DNA of 64,000 nucleotides, from contig CAXXMR010000009.1 in NCBI GenBank assembly GCA_963663805.2, positions 128,001-192,000 on the forward strand, given 5' to 3'. The position numbers and the translations under genes were made by a program. Shown piece by piece: positions 19,687 through 30,881 of the stretch. Below the pieces are notes generated by a model. It had not been told where the DNA came from, did no database searches, and saw nothing but the letters and a program-made list of their open reading frames with translations. Source of the DNA: Sedimentisphaerales bacterium. GTDB lineage: Bacteria; Planctomycetota; Phycisphaerae; Sedimentisphaerales; SM23-30. The first letter of the stretch is position 1; the number at the start of each line of letters is the position of its first letter.

Positions 19687-20562
19687 TTATTTGCGTTTTC
19701 TCAGGAACAAACCGCCCAGCCCCAGCAGGCTAAGGCTCAGAGGTTCCGGTACGGTCGGAGCTGTCGCAGGGGGTGTAAGTTCCATCGTAGATACCCGCTA
19801 CAGCCGCGGCATCAAGGTAGCAGTCGCCCCAGATAGCCACATCGTCCATAGCACCACGGAACCAGTCCTTGTTAGGCCAGGTCTGGCAGGCAAGTTTGAA
19901 TACGGCGTCTTCCCAGCGTCGGACCAGATGTCGTTGATACCCTGATTGGGAATGTTCTTGACGCTGTTCGGTACGAGCGTGCCGTTTAGGTATTTCTTCA
20001 GGTCAGTGCCGTCATAGGTCACAGTCATCAGATACCATTGGCCCGTACTGCCGCCGGCACCAATGTAGGACGTGCCGATGTCGGTCTGGAATGCACCAGT
20101 GCCGTAGGGCCAGAAATAATCATATTCCCAGCCCGAAACGCCCAGTTCAACTTCATAGTTGGGGCACGAAATAACACGTGCGTATCCGCTGCCGCCGCCC
20201 GGAGTGCCCGCTCTGCTGTCCTGTCTCAGCCACATTGACATGCTCCAGCTACCTCCCAGGTTTCTGATTGAATCGCTTTTGGCTACCCAGACACTGTTGT
20301 AATTGTCCGTGCCGCTGCAAAACTGCAAAGCGCCGCCATTGACACCAGCAATCCAGTCCGGTTTGGTTGAACCCGGCAGAGGGTCGCTGTCGTTGCCTGA
20401 TACCGTGTCGGCAACGAGCAGGCCCGTATTGCCATAGGCACTGGAATCGTAGGCATAGTCGCCCGAACCTTCTTCAAATGCCCACCAGGCCTTCAGGTCC
20501 GCGTAGGCGTTGACGCTCAATGCGGCAACCAGTAAAACTACCATCATCTTTTTCATTTCCAT
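19687..20562 (-). CDS. Secreted LamG-like domain protein with PEP-CTERM sorting signal, split by a missing base near 19912-19917
   Basis: AWWAFEEGSG and W..GVNGGALQF. The alternate frame gives FRGAMDDVAIW...VPEPLSLSLLGLGGLFLRKRK*. Confidence 0.85.
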
Positions 20563-20665
20563 ACTCCTTCAGTAAAACAACATATTTCCCATTTTACTCA
20601 CCGTGAGTAACAATCATCACGAGGCCGGCCACGCACCGGCTCTTTGCACACACACAAACTTACTC

Positions 20666-23556
20666 CTACAGACCAACCTGCGTTAGCCAGGTGTCAGCGA
20701 AAAGACGCAGGTCAGTAATATCCACCTTGCAGTCATCATTCAGGTCGGCTTCGCTGCCCAGACCGTAATTGATTACACTGTCATAGCAATTGTACGGGCC
20801 GATTACCGGTGGCGCAGTCTTGCTTAGGGTTACCTGCTCAATGGTGGTATAGGGTGCTTCACCGTAGATGCTGATGTAGAAGCTCTTGCCTGCTATTGAG
20901 GGACCAGCCGTGAATGAAGCCTGAGGCATCTGCCAGTGACCGCCCATTGCACCCAGTGAACCGTCGCTGGTAGCAGACGCGGTGGCTATCAGCCCGTGGT
21001 TGCCGGAAAGGTCGGTCGCACCAGGCTCTACCCAGTACAGCTCCGCGACTATCTGAGGAGCCGGATCGGGCCAGGTCCATTCGCCGCTGTTGAAGTTGGC
21101 GGCACTGATTGCGCCAATCATATCGAGATAGTAAGTCTGACCGTTCTGGATGCTTTCCGTTGTCACTTTCTGTTCCAGACGAGGACCGCTGGTTACCGTG
21201 CTGTTACCAAACCATACGCTGACTCTGCCCTGGGCCGGCTGAGGGGACGGAGCCCACAACATACACTGGAAACCGGCGTATTCGTTTGTTCCCATAGACG
21301 CAAACTTCCAGCCCACGGGATAATCAGAACTGCTGACGAAAGAGGTATAACCGTCATCGGTATGAAGGTTCAGATAGTCTTCCAGAGCCAGAGAACTAAT
21401 ATCCTCAAAGTCGCCGTTGCTGAGCAGATTATCACGAGGCCAGTCGGCAGGCTCAACCGTGGTTAATGACGCGTGACCAATTAGACCAAGCCCGCTGTCG
21501 CCGGAAAATTCAGTTGTCCCGAATGTACAATTCACGCGGAGGTATTGGCCTGCCGCCGAAGCGTCAGCGGTGTACTCAGTAGTCAGACGACGCCAGATGG
21601 TGTTTTTCGGAATGACAAACTGCTGGCTCGAAATTTCAACTACAGAGGTCGGATTCACCGGGGTATTTACTCTCTCCAGTGTTACCGTAACAATGTTTAG
21701 ATACGCTTCGGCAGTGCCCGCGACCATCGCCGAAAGATAATAAGTCTGGCCGCTGACAACCGCACCAGAAGAAACCGTCTGAGTTAGTACGTCGTTGGGT
21801 TCGAGAAATACCGCTACCGAGCCGCCCGCTGGTTGCGTACCGTAAGTATGGGCTTTTCCAGATTCGCTCAGGTTCCATATCCCCGCCGTGCCGCCCGTGC
21901 TGATATATTGCCAGCCGGTAGGAGCGGAATTGTCTGAATCATTGTAGTTGGGAACCAGGTCTATGTCCGCGTAAAAATCAGGGTTCGTTAGCAATTGACC
22001 TGACGCCGACATCGGCTCAGGTGAATTCGACATCCCCCAGTCCTGACCCACAGTCTGATAGTCCGGTAGGTTGACGATACAGTCTTGGTTGAAGTCGTTG
22101 GTCAGGCCGGAGTAGCCGTCATTGTAGTCTTTCCAGGCGTCGCAGTCCGCGAAACTTTCAGCGTTGATGCGAGCGAAATCGAAGTAAGCGAACGCCGTCC
22201 CACGACCATTGCCGATGTTCTGCTCAACGTAGCATACCAGCTTGAAGCTTTGGCCGTCATGAGCGGCAGAAGGGGTATAAGACCATTCCAGGTCGTTCCA
22301 GGTTTCATTTGCCGTGATAGTGGTATTGAGATCCTGGAGAAGAGTCAGGTTTTCTGATTCATCGACAGCATAATATTTAACACCGATAATATTGCCAATG
22401 GCATCGACACCGCCCACACGGGCGACAAATCTATAGCCGATACCCTCATTGATTGTACGTCTGATGACGGTTTGGGTAATCTGGTCACCTACAGTACAAA
22501 AGCCGGCGTATTCGATAGAGGTATTGTCACCATCCCACAGGCCGGCGTTTACAATACCGTGCCAGTCTCCATTATCAAGCGTGCCTTCCATATCCCAGTT
22601 CCACAGCCCGGCATATTCGGTTCGGTTTCGCCAAAATCCAGGGGAAATGACCCTTTGGTGCCAATGAAGGACGGATCATAGACAAAATCGATGGGATTGT
22701 CATCTTCATAGGTCATGACAACCTCTTTCCAGGGCCCCGAAAAATCACCGGTCATGATCGTGGCTATCTGAGTGCTGTCCAGTGTTTCGTTGAAGATGGC
22801 AACGTCGTCAAGGGCACCAATGAAGTAATCTTTTTCGTAATCGGTCTGTCTCCCAAAACGCAGATATTCCCAGGTATCAAAAGTGTCGGGTAATAATTCA
22901 CTGGCGACCGGAACCGAGGACTGTAGGGAACCGTTGACGTATTTCTTCAGGGTCGCACCGTCATAAGTTATGGCCATGTGATACCACGAGCCGACCGCCT
23001 GAGTGGCGCCTATGGCTTGGCAGAATGCGCCTGTAGCTCCACCGGTATAGTGGGGCCAAAAGTAGTCGTACATCCAACTGGGGACACCAAGCTCAACTTC
23101 GTAGGCCGGACAGGAGATAACTCGCTGATAACCGCCGCCACCGCCAATGTTGATGGACGGATCGTTGACGTATTGTTTAATCCATACCGCGATGGTCCAG
23201 TTTAGGCCCAGATTCGCCAGAGTCTCGGTCTGGGCGACGTAAACATAATTCCAGTTAGTGTTTTGGGCATCGGGCAATGAGCCGTCAGGCATGGACGAGA
23301 ACTCAAGGGCGTAGCTGCCGTTTTTCCCGGTAATCCAGCGGGGGTTACTGCTGGGGGTGGTAACCCCGGCGACTTTGCCGTCGGGTGCTGCCCATAATCC
23401 GCCGTCGTGGGCAAAGCCTGAACTGTCTGAAGCAACATCGCCGCTGCCTTCTTCAAACTGCCACAGGCCGACGATATCTGCCGGCACCTGAGCGACACCA
23501 AGGAAAAGCAGGGCCATGGCCGCGGCTAAAATGAAAGTGATACGTTTGTTACTCAT
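20666..23556 (-). CDS. Large secreted LamG + repeated CBM-like beta-sandwich protein with two dockerin-like motifs, split by a missing base near 22620
   Basis: GLWQFEEGSG...GALDDVAIFN. Repeats LLTNPDF/LLSNGDF and GQTYYL x2. DFNQDCIVNLPDY and DLNDDCKVDITDL..F...W. Confidence 0.8.
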
Positions 23557-24031
23557 CGTGTCCTCCAAATCTGTGAAATTTTTCAAAAAAATTCAAAAAA
23601 ACGACTCTTTTCATCCAAAAAAACTCAAATTTTCGTCAAAAATCGTACCTCTCAGCCATCAACGCGCACATTTCAGAGCCTAAATGCTCTCCGGCAAAGT
23701 CTCAATACCTGCCTTTTTCGCCCTAGTTACAGGACGTTTAATAGTTAAAACTCTCAAGATATTGTTTTTCTCTAAGTGCCGTGTGAACTGTCATATACAA
23801 CTCCACTTACTCCATTCTATTCATTTATCGACTAGATGGAATGGTTGATACTCTCAAAATAATGTGGAAAACTCGTGTTTTTGCGGTTTTTTTAAAAAAA
23901 CATAGCTAAAAGTCTCGATTCTTAAAAAATATTTTTAGCGAAAAATAGGCTTGTTTTTGATATATTATGCGTTAATATGCTGTTATGTTGATTATTTAAT
24001 TTGTTTGCGACCACTATTGAATTTCAAAAAC

Positions 24032-24943
24032 ATGGGAAAAAGTCTTAAATATCTCGCAGACAACCTTATTATGTCGCCCGAGTTCGACAGACGCCAGCTC
24101 CACCTCTCCGCCACCGACGCCGCCCCCCTCCGCGAACGAGGCGTAATTCTTTGCGCAACTTGTGAAATACACGATGTTTGCGAAGTGGACCGGCGGGATC
24201 CGAGTGTGCATGTACTGATATTTTCACTGGCCGGCCAGTCACGGCTCCAGACCGGTGAAACTCCACGCAAAGGTACTCTGATAGCTCCGGGTGATGTGGT
24301 GATTCTGCCGGCCCACCATTCCCACTATTACAAAATGGAAGGCAGTATCTGGAAGGCTATCTGGTTTTACCTGGAAGATTCTGAGCAGTGGAGCCCCTTG
24401 CGGGAGCATGAGCCCAAGATTCGTAAGTCTATTACCAGCGAGGAATTGAGTGCGGCATTTGACGGTTACTGGTCCGAATCGTTGCGTAATGAGGCGCGGG
24501 CTCGGTTGGCGGGTAAGCATTATGCTGAGATAATCGGACTGAATATCGAGCGTGAGCTGGATATGGAAGAAAGTGTCCATAACAAACAGATGCGCCAGCG
24601 TTTATACAAGCTGTGGGATACGGTGGGGGCTAATCTGGGTCGCAACTGGACGGTAGCTGATTTGGCTGAGGAAATCGGAGTTTCGTCGCAGCATTTATTC
24701 CGGGTGAGCGTGCGTTTTTCCGGGCATAAACCCATGGAAATGGTCACCCGCCTGCGTATGCAGCAGGCTCAGGAACTGCTTATGAATACTGACCATATGG
24801 TGAAATCTATCGCTCGTCTTTTGGGTTATTCTGATTCGTTTTGCTTTTCGGCGGCATTCAAACGCTACTACGGATGCAGCCCGCGTGATTATCGTAACCG
24901 GCGAATGGAGCCGATAGGCGGCCCGCAATCGCCAAACAGGTAA
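24032..24943 (+). CDS. AraC-family transcriptional regulator
   Basis: N-terminal cupin-like domain. C-terminal double HTH (WTVADLA...IARLLGYSD.FCFSAAFKR.YG.SPRDYR). Confidence 0.95.
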   Translation: MGKSLKYLADNLIMSPEFDRRQLHLSATDAAPLRERGVILCATCEIHDVCEVDRRDPSVHVLIFSLAGQSRLQTGETPRKGTLIAPGDVVILPAHHSHYYKMEGSIWKAIWFYLEDSEQWSPLREHEPKIRKSITSEELSAAFDGYWSESLRNEARARLAGKHYAEIIGLNIERELDMEESVHNKQMRQRLYKLWDTVGANLGRNWTVADLAEEIGVSSQHLFRVSVRFSGHKPMEMVTRLRMQQAQELLMNTDHMVKSIARLLGYSDSFCFSAAFKRYYGCSPRDYRNRRMEPIGGPQSPNR

Positions 24944-24967
24944 GACTACTTTTACAGGAGATTTTTA

Positions 24968-26996
24968 ATGAAAAATTTTCGAGTATTTTCGTTGTTGGCC
25001 GTTCTGTCAATTTTTTTACTGGTAGTACCGGCAATCGGTGCGGCAGAGTACAGCTATGTTGACATTGTAAATATGTTGACTGATACGGAACGCTTGGCGG
25101 TTTTGCCTGCTGATGGTGAAATTTGCGCTCAATGGTCCAGTTATGACCGGCGGAGTCGTTATGATGCTGAAAAAGATAAATATATTCACTGGGATGCCAA
25201 TGGTGACGGGGACGGCTATGGCGGGGTAAGCGACAAGAGGACCAAAGACGGCAGATTGATAATGGCTGAGATTGATGGGCCGGGTGTTATCTGGCGAATC
25301 TGGTCGGCGACGACAAAGAAGGGGAATGTTAGCATTTATCTGGATGGTTCTGATGTGCCGGCGGTGGATTTGCCGTTTGAGGGGTATTTCAATCACGAAA
25401 ACGAACCTTTCACGCGCAAGACGCTGGTGCATATCGCTGCGCAGGGTAAGAATTGCTATGTGCCGATCTCTTTTGGCAAGTCCTGTAAGGTGGTTGGCGA
25501 CAGGGGATTACGGCCAATACTACGAGTTTGTTTATTCAAAGTTTCCGGCAGGTACCAAGGTTGAAACTTTCTCGCGTGATTTGACGGATGAGCAGAGTGC
25601 GGCACTGGATATGGCTGATATGCTTTTGTCTAACTGTGATGCGGGCATGTTCGCTAAAGGTAAAAAATATTCTGTTACAGAAATACTAACCGCTGGTGAA
25701 AGTACGGAGCTTTTGAGCTTGTCGGGTTCCGGTGCTATTAATTCATTGCAGGTTAAGATTGATGTGCCGGCTGATTTACAGGCCCAGCGTGATATGCTGC
25801 GGGAACTGGTATTGGAGATTAGGTGGGACTGGCAAAACGAAGCGGCGGTTTGGGTTCCTCTGGGTGATTTTTTTGGTACGGCACCGGGTGTGAATTTGTA
25901 TAAGTCGCTGCCGTTGGGTATGACCGTGGATGGATTCTATTGTAACTGGTTCATGCCGTATAGTGATGGTGCGACAATTTCGGTAATCAACGACGGGGCG
26001 GTTGATAGAGAAATTTTCCTGGAAGTTTCGGCGAGTGCGTTAGATCGGCCAGCAAGTGATTACGGCAGATTTCACGCCAAATGGCACCGGGACGCATTTC
26101 TGCCGCAGGAACCGGAAAGGTGGATTGACTGGACGATTCTGAAGACCAAGGGGCAGGGTCGTTTTTGCGGGGTGGAGTTGAACATCTGGAACCCGCGGGG
26201 CGGCTGGTGGGGTGAAGGTGACGAGAAATTCCACGTTGACGGTGAGAAGTTCCCCTCGACTTTCGGGACTGGTTCGGAAGACTATTTCGGCTATGCCTGG
26301 TGTGACTGGAATTTATTTACTAACTGCTACCATAATCAGACTATCAGCAACTATAACAAAGGCCATATTTCGGTTAATCGCTGGCATATAGTTGATAATA
26401 TTCCTTTCCAGAAGTCGTTTGACGGCTATATCGAGAAATATTACGGCAATGACCGTCCGACTCAATATTCGGCGACCGCGTACTGGTATTTGGATTCGCG
26501 GGGTGAAGATGCTTATGGGCCGGTGAGTCTGTCTGAACGTCGCGATTATTATACGCCGCTGACTTTTCCACTGAATTTAGCAGGTATTGTCGTGCTGGAA
26601 AGTCCGGACGGTGCTGTTGAAGCTCAAGGTATGGGTTCGTTCAAGCAGAGTAAATGGCGTGATGGTGAACAGCTCTGGTGGACAGCGGAGAGGCCGGGAC
26701 GGGAACTGAAGATTCTGGTGGATATTAAGAGCACGGGGAACTATGAGCTGAAAACAAGACTGACAAAGGCAGTTGATTATGGTATTGTCTCGTTCGCGCT
26801 CGACGGCAAGGCCCTCGCAGGTGAATATGATTTGTACCATAAAGACGGTGTAACCTCTACCGATGAAATCGTAATCGCTTCTTCTAATCTTGAGGCCGGC
26901 CAGCATGTTTTGACGGTTAAGATGTTAGGCCAAAATCCGCAGGCTGTTGGTCCGTATATGTTCGGTATGGATTATCTGGATATAGTTAAGAAGTGA
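24968..26996 (+). CDS. Secreted DUF2961 (GH172-like) glycoside hydrolase, split by an extra G at 25503-25506
   Basis: SSYDR, GPGVIWRIW, VPLGDFFG, WWGEGDEKF.VDGE and GTGSEDYFGYAW. Confidence 0.85.
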
Positions 26997-27019
26997 GTTA
27001 GTAATTGGCGAGGTTAATT

Positions 27020-28332
27020 ATGTTTGACAGTAAAATCAACAGGCGTGGTTTTCTCAAGGCTGGTTCCGGTGTTGCGCTGGGGTTGGCTTTGGGTGATAAT
27101 CTCTGGGCGGCAGGCAAGCCGCTGGAGCAGGTGCGGATAGGCATTGTGGGGGTGGGTGTACGCGGTACGGAGTTTGTTAATATTCTGCTGAATCTCAAAG
27201 GAAACGTCATTAAGGCGATCGGTGATATTTCCGAGGGTAACGCCAAGCGCGCCCAGAAGCTGGTTAAAGACGCTGGTTTTCCTGAGCCAGCTTTATATTG
27301 TCGTGGCGAAAAAGATTATGAGCGAATGTGCGAGAACGAAGATCTTGACCTGGTGATCGCGGCGGTGCCGGTGGACTGGCATGTTCCTGTTTGCGTTTCA
27401 GCGATGAAAAACGGCAAGCATTCGGCGACTGAGGTGCACGCGACTTATGATCTGGATGAATGCTGGGAGCTGGTTGAGGCGGCTGAGAAATATAACAAGC
27501 AGTGCGGTCTGCTGGAGAATTATTGTTATTTTTATAATGTGCTGATGATTCTCAAATGGCGCGGGCGGGTCTGCTGGGTGATTTGGTGCATTGTGAGGCG
27601 GGGTATCAGCATGATGTCCGTAACGTTCGTTTTGGCGGTGATGGTTCGCTTTTGTGGCGTGCCAAGGATATGCTGACGCATAACGGCAATCTTTATCCGA
27701 CGCATGCGATAGGGCCGGTGGCTCAGTGGCTGAACATCAATCGGGGCGACAAATTTGATTATCTGGTCTCGATGAGCAGTCGCAGCAGCGGCATGAATGT
27801 TTACGCTTCGGAACATTGGGGCCAGGAGCATCCTTCGGCGAAGCAGGTTTATACGCAAGGTGACATGAGCTGTACGATGATTCGCACAGCCAATGGAGCG
27901 ACAGTGACGCTTTATTTTGACGCACAGTTGCCGCGGCCTTTCGATATGATTTATCGGGTGCAGGGCACCAAGGGGATTTATATGGGTCGGACGGATGAAA
28001 TTTACGTCGAAGGTCGCAGTCCGAATTATGAAGAGTGGGAACCGGCTCAGAATTACTATAAAGAGTATGAGCATCCGCTGTGGACCGTGTTGGGTGATAA
28101 GGCCCGCCGATGGGCACATGGCGGGGCGGATTACATAATGATGTATCGTCTGGTGGAGGCGTTCCGTAAAGGCGAGCAATTTGAAATGGATGTTTATGAC
28201 GCGGCCACCTGGAGCGTTATAAGTCCATTGAGTGAACAATCGGTTGCGAATAGGAGTAAGGCGGTTGATTTCCCTGACTTTACTCGTGGCAAATGGAAAT
28301 CAAACGTACCAGTGGGAATAATTGAAGCATGA
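27020..28332 (+). CDS. Tat-exported Gfo/Idh/MocA oxidoreductase, GH109 (NAD-dependent glycosidase)-like, split by a missing base at 27554-27556
   Basis: NRRGFLK, GIVGVGVRG, LENYCY, GNLYPTHAIGPV and HGGADY. Confidence 0.88.
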
Positions 28333-29423
28333 AAAAGAGTATTTGTGTTATCGGTGCGGGCAACGGCGGTTCAGCCATTGCCGGTGATATGAGTCTGGCC
28401 GGCCATGAATGCCGCCTGTTTGAGTTTCCGGAATATCGCAAGAATATTGACCCGGTAATCTCCAGCGGCGGTATTGAAGTAACGGGTATCGCCCGAACGG
28501 GTTTTGCCAAAGTTGCTTTGGCGACGACGGAACTAGCCGCGGCGGTTCGTTCAGCTGATGTTGTGATGGTGACGACTCAGGCTTTGGCGCACGAACGTCT
28601 GGCCCGTGAACTGGCACCATGTTTGGAAGATGGTCAGGCGGTTATCCTGTGGCCGGGCAGCGGCGGTACTTTGGTTTTCAGGAAAGTCTGGGACGAAATT
28701 GGTTTCGGTAAAGATGTGGTTATCGCTGAAGGTGTGACTTTTCCCTATTGCTGCCGCTGTCTGAACGGACCGGGCACGGTAAATATTCATCGTGTTGACG
28801 GTCCTAACATGCTGTTGGCGGCTCTGCCGGCATCGGATACGCACAGGGCGGTGGTAGCTCTGGAGGGGACCTATGCTGACCAGATAAAGCCTGCGCGGAG
28901 TATCCTGGAGCCGGCCTTGTATAATGTGAATATTATTGTGCATCCGGTGGGGGCACTGCTGAATATGGGCCGTATCGAGTTTAGCAAGGGTGAGTTTTAC
29001 ATGTACAAGGAAGGCATTACTCCTTCGGTCAAGAAGGTTTGTCTGGCGATGGACGCGGAGCGTTCGGCTTTGTTCAGTAAGCTGGGTTATAAACCTTACA
29101 CCTATGATGAGATATTTACAGATTGTTTCAATATGACTTTCCCTGAATTTGCCAAGACCTCCAGCAAGGGTCCGTTCAGTATGCAGGACCGCTATGTGAC
29201 CGAGGATATTCCGATGGGTACTTCGCTGACGGTTTCACTGGCCCGCAAGGCCGGTATAGCTACGCCGACTTATGATACCATGATTCATCTGGCGTCGGTG
29301 GTAAACGATACAGATTTTTATCCGGGCGGCAGAACGCTGGAGAATCTTGGTTTGTCGCATCTGACTTTGGAAGAATTTGAGACTTATCTGCAGACCGGTC
29401 GCAAACCAGCAGCAGTGATGTAA
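28329..29423 (+). CDS. NAD/NADP octopine/nopaline (opine) dehydrogenase family protein
   Basis: VIGAGNGG Rossmann motif, N...HP, FYMYKEG and RYVTEDIPMG. Confidence 0.9.
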   Translation: MKKSICVIGAGNGGSAIAGDMSLAGHECRLFEFPEYRKNIDPVISSGGIEVTGIARTGFAKVALATTELAAAVRSADVVMVTTQALAHERLARELAPCLEDGQAVILWPGSGGTLVFRKVWDEIGFGKDVVIAEGVTFPYCCRCLNGPGTVNIHRVDGPNMLLAALPASDTHRAVVALEGTYADQIKPARSILEPALYNVNIIVHPVGALLNMGRIEFSKGEFYMYKEGITPSVKKVCLAMDAERSALFSKLGYKPYTYDEIFTDCFNMTFPEFAKTSSKGPFSMQDRYVTEDIPMGTSLTVSLARKAGIATPTYDTMIHLASVVNDTDFYPGGRTLENLGLSHLTLEEFETYLQTGRKPAAVM

Positions 29424-29435
29424 ATTGGCAGTACA

Positions 29436-30881
29436 ATGATAAAACATCCGAAAACTTATACAAATATATTAGACGACTCCGACGTATCGCGGATACTTGA
29501 CGTGGCGTTTGATGTTCTTTCATCGAAGGGTATCTGCATCCAGTCTCGGCGGGCCTGTGAGCTACTGGCTGAGGCCGGGGCGGAGGTTGATTTTCAGAAG
29601 TTGGCTGTCAAAGTGCCTGTGCCAATGGCGGAATTGTGTCTAAAAAAGGTACCGTCATCTTTTACGCTTTATGCCCGTAATGAAGCCCACAATGTAACGG
29701 TGGGCAATGAGCAGATGCTGATCGTGCCGGGTTACGGCAGTGCTTTTGTCGCTGAAGCCAACGGTAAGCGTCGTTTGGCGGGTATTGAGGATTTTGAGCG
29801 GCTGGCATCGTGGTCCGGCCAGAGTGATGTGATTGATATTACCGGCGGGCTGCTGGTCGAGCCGAACGACATTCGCCATGAATTACGGTCTTTGGAAGTT
29901 ACGCATCGTTTGTTGAAATATTCGGACAAACCTTTCATGGGTTCGGTTTCGGGTGGCGTTGGGGCACGTGAGTCGATTAGCATAGCGCGTTTGGCCTTTA
30001 CCGATTTGGAAAAACGTCCCGCGGTGGTGGGACTGATAAATATTAACAGTCCGTTGCGTCTGGATGTTTCCATGGCTGAAGCCCTGCTGGAATATGTTCA
30101 GGCTGGCCAGCCTGTTTTGCTGACGCCAGGAATTTTGATGGGTATTACCGCGCCGGTGACGGCGGCAGGGGCTTTGGCACAGGGTTTCGCTGAGCTTATC
30201 GGCACAGCGGTGCTGACGCAGGTGGTCCGGCCGGGCAGTCCTGTGATAATTGGTTTGGGTGGGTTCGGCAGTGACCTGCGCAGCGGCGGGACGGCCTTTG
30301 GCAGTCCGGAAAACTCGCTGGCAACTTATACCGGCGCTCAGATTTCTCGTAAACTTAATATTCCTTATCGCTGTTCCGCGGCGGTTACCAGCTCCATGCT
30401 GCCGGATTGCCGCAGCGGTTACGAACGTATGATGACGGCAATGGCGGCTTTTAATAGTGGTGTGCATTTCTGTTTGCAGGCGGCGGGCATTCTCGATTCA
30501 ATTAACGCCATGAGCTTTGAACAGTACATGATAGACTTGGAAATCTGGGGTTATATCAAACGCCTTTCCGACGGCGTTAGGGTCGATGACGAAACTCTGG
30601 CGCTAGACCTGATTAAGGCCAATAACGGTGGCGACTATCTTTCGTTAAGTCACACCATCGAGCATATGCGCCGCGAGATATACGCTCCGACTCTTTTTGG
30701 GCCGGAAAGCTATGAAAGCTGGTGGGCTGGTGCCGGCAGAGATGTTCTGACTCGTGCCTCAGAGAATCTTCGCAAACTGCAAAGCCGTCCCTGTGACGCG
30801 GTAAACGGCAACGGCTTGTGTAAAGAGTTGGATAAATATGTCCAGTCGCGGCGGCAGGAAATTGAGGGTAAGCTCAAGTAG
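29436..30881 (+). CDS. Trimethylamine methyltransferase (MttB) superfamily protein, non-pyrrolysine type
   Basis: SDKPFMG, ININSPL, TAPVT.AGALAQ..AE, PG.PVI.G and G.L.S...MSFEQY.ID. No internal amber codon. Confidence 0.9.
   Translation: MIKHPKTYTNILDDSDVSRILDVAFDVLSSKGICIQSRRACELLAEAGAEVDFQKLAVKVPVPMAELCLKKVPSSFTLYARNEAHNVTVGNEQMLIVPGYGSAFVAEANGKRRLAGIEDFERLASWSGQSDVIDITGGLLVEPNDIRHELRSLEVTHRLLKYSDKPFMGSVSGGVGARESISIARLAFTDLEKRPAVVGLININSPLRLDVSMAEALLEYVQAGQPVLLTPGILMGITAPVTAAGALAQGFAELIGTAVLTQVVRPGSPVIIGLGGFGSDLRSGGTAFGSPENSLATYTGAQISRKLNIPYRCSAAVTSSMLPDCRSGYERMMTAMAAFNSGVHFCLQAAGILDSINAMSFEQYMIDLEIWGYIKRLSDGVRVDDETLALDLIKANNGGDYLSLSHTIEHMRREIYAPTLFGPESYESWWAGAGRDVLTRASENLRKLQSRPCDAVNGNGLCKELDKYVQSRRQEIEGKLK

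Noticed and set aside
13657..27556. Programmed frameshifting or phase variation as the cause of the split genes
   Set aside because: The runs are only 2-5 nt, the shifts go in both directions, and there are no slippery heptamers or long simple repeats.
29436..30881. Pyrrolysine-containing trimethylamine methyltransferase
   Set aside because: The ORF is full length with no internal TAG, and no pyl genes are in the window.
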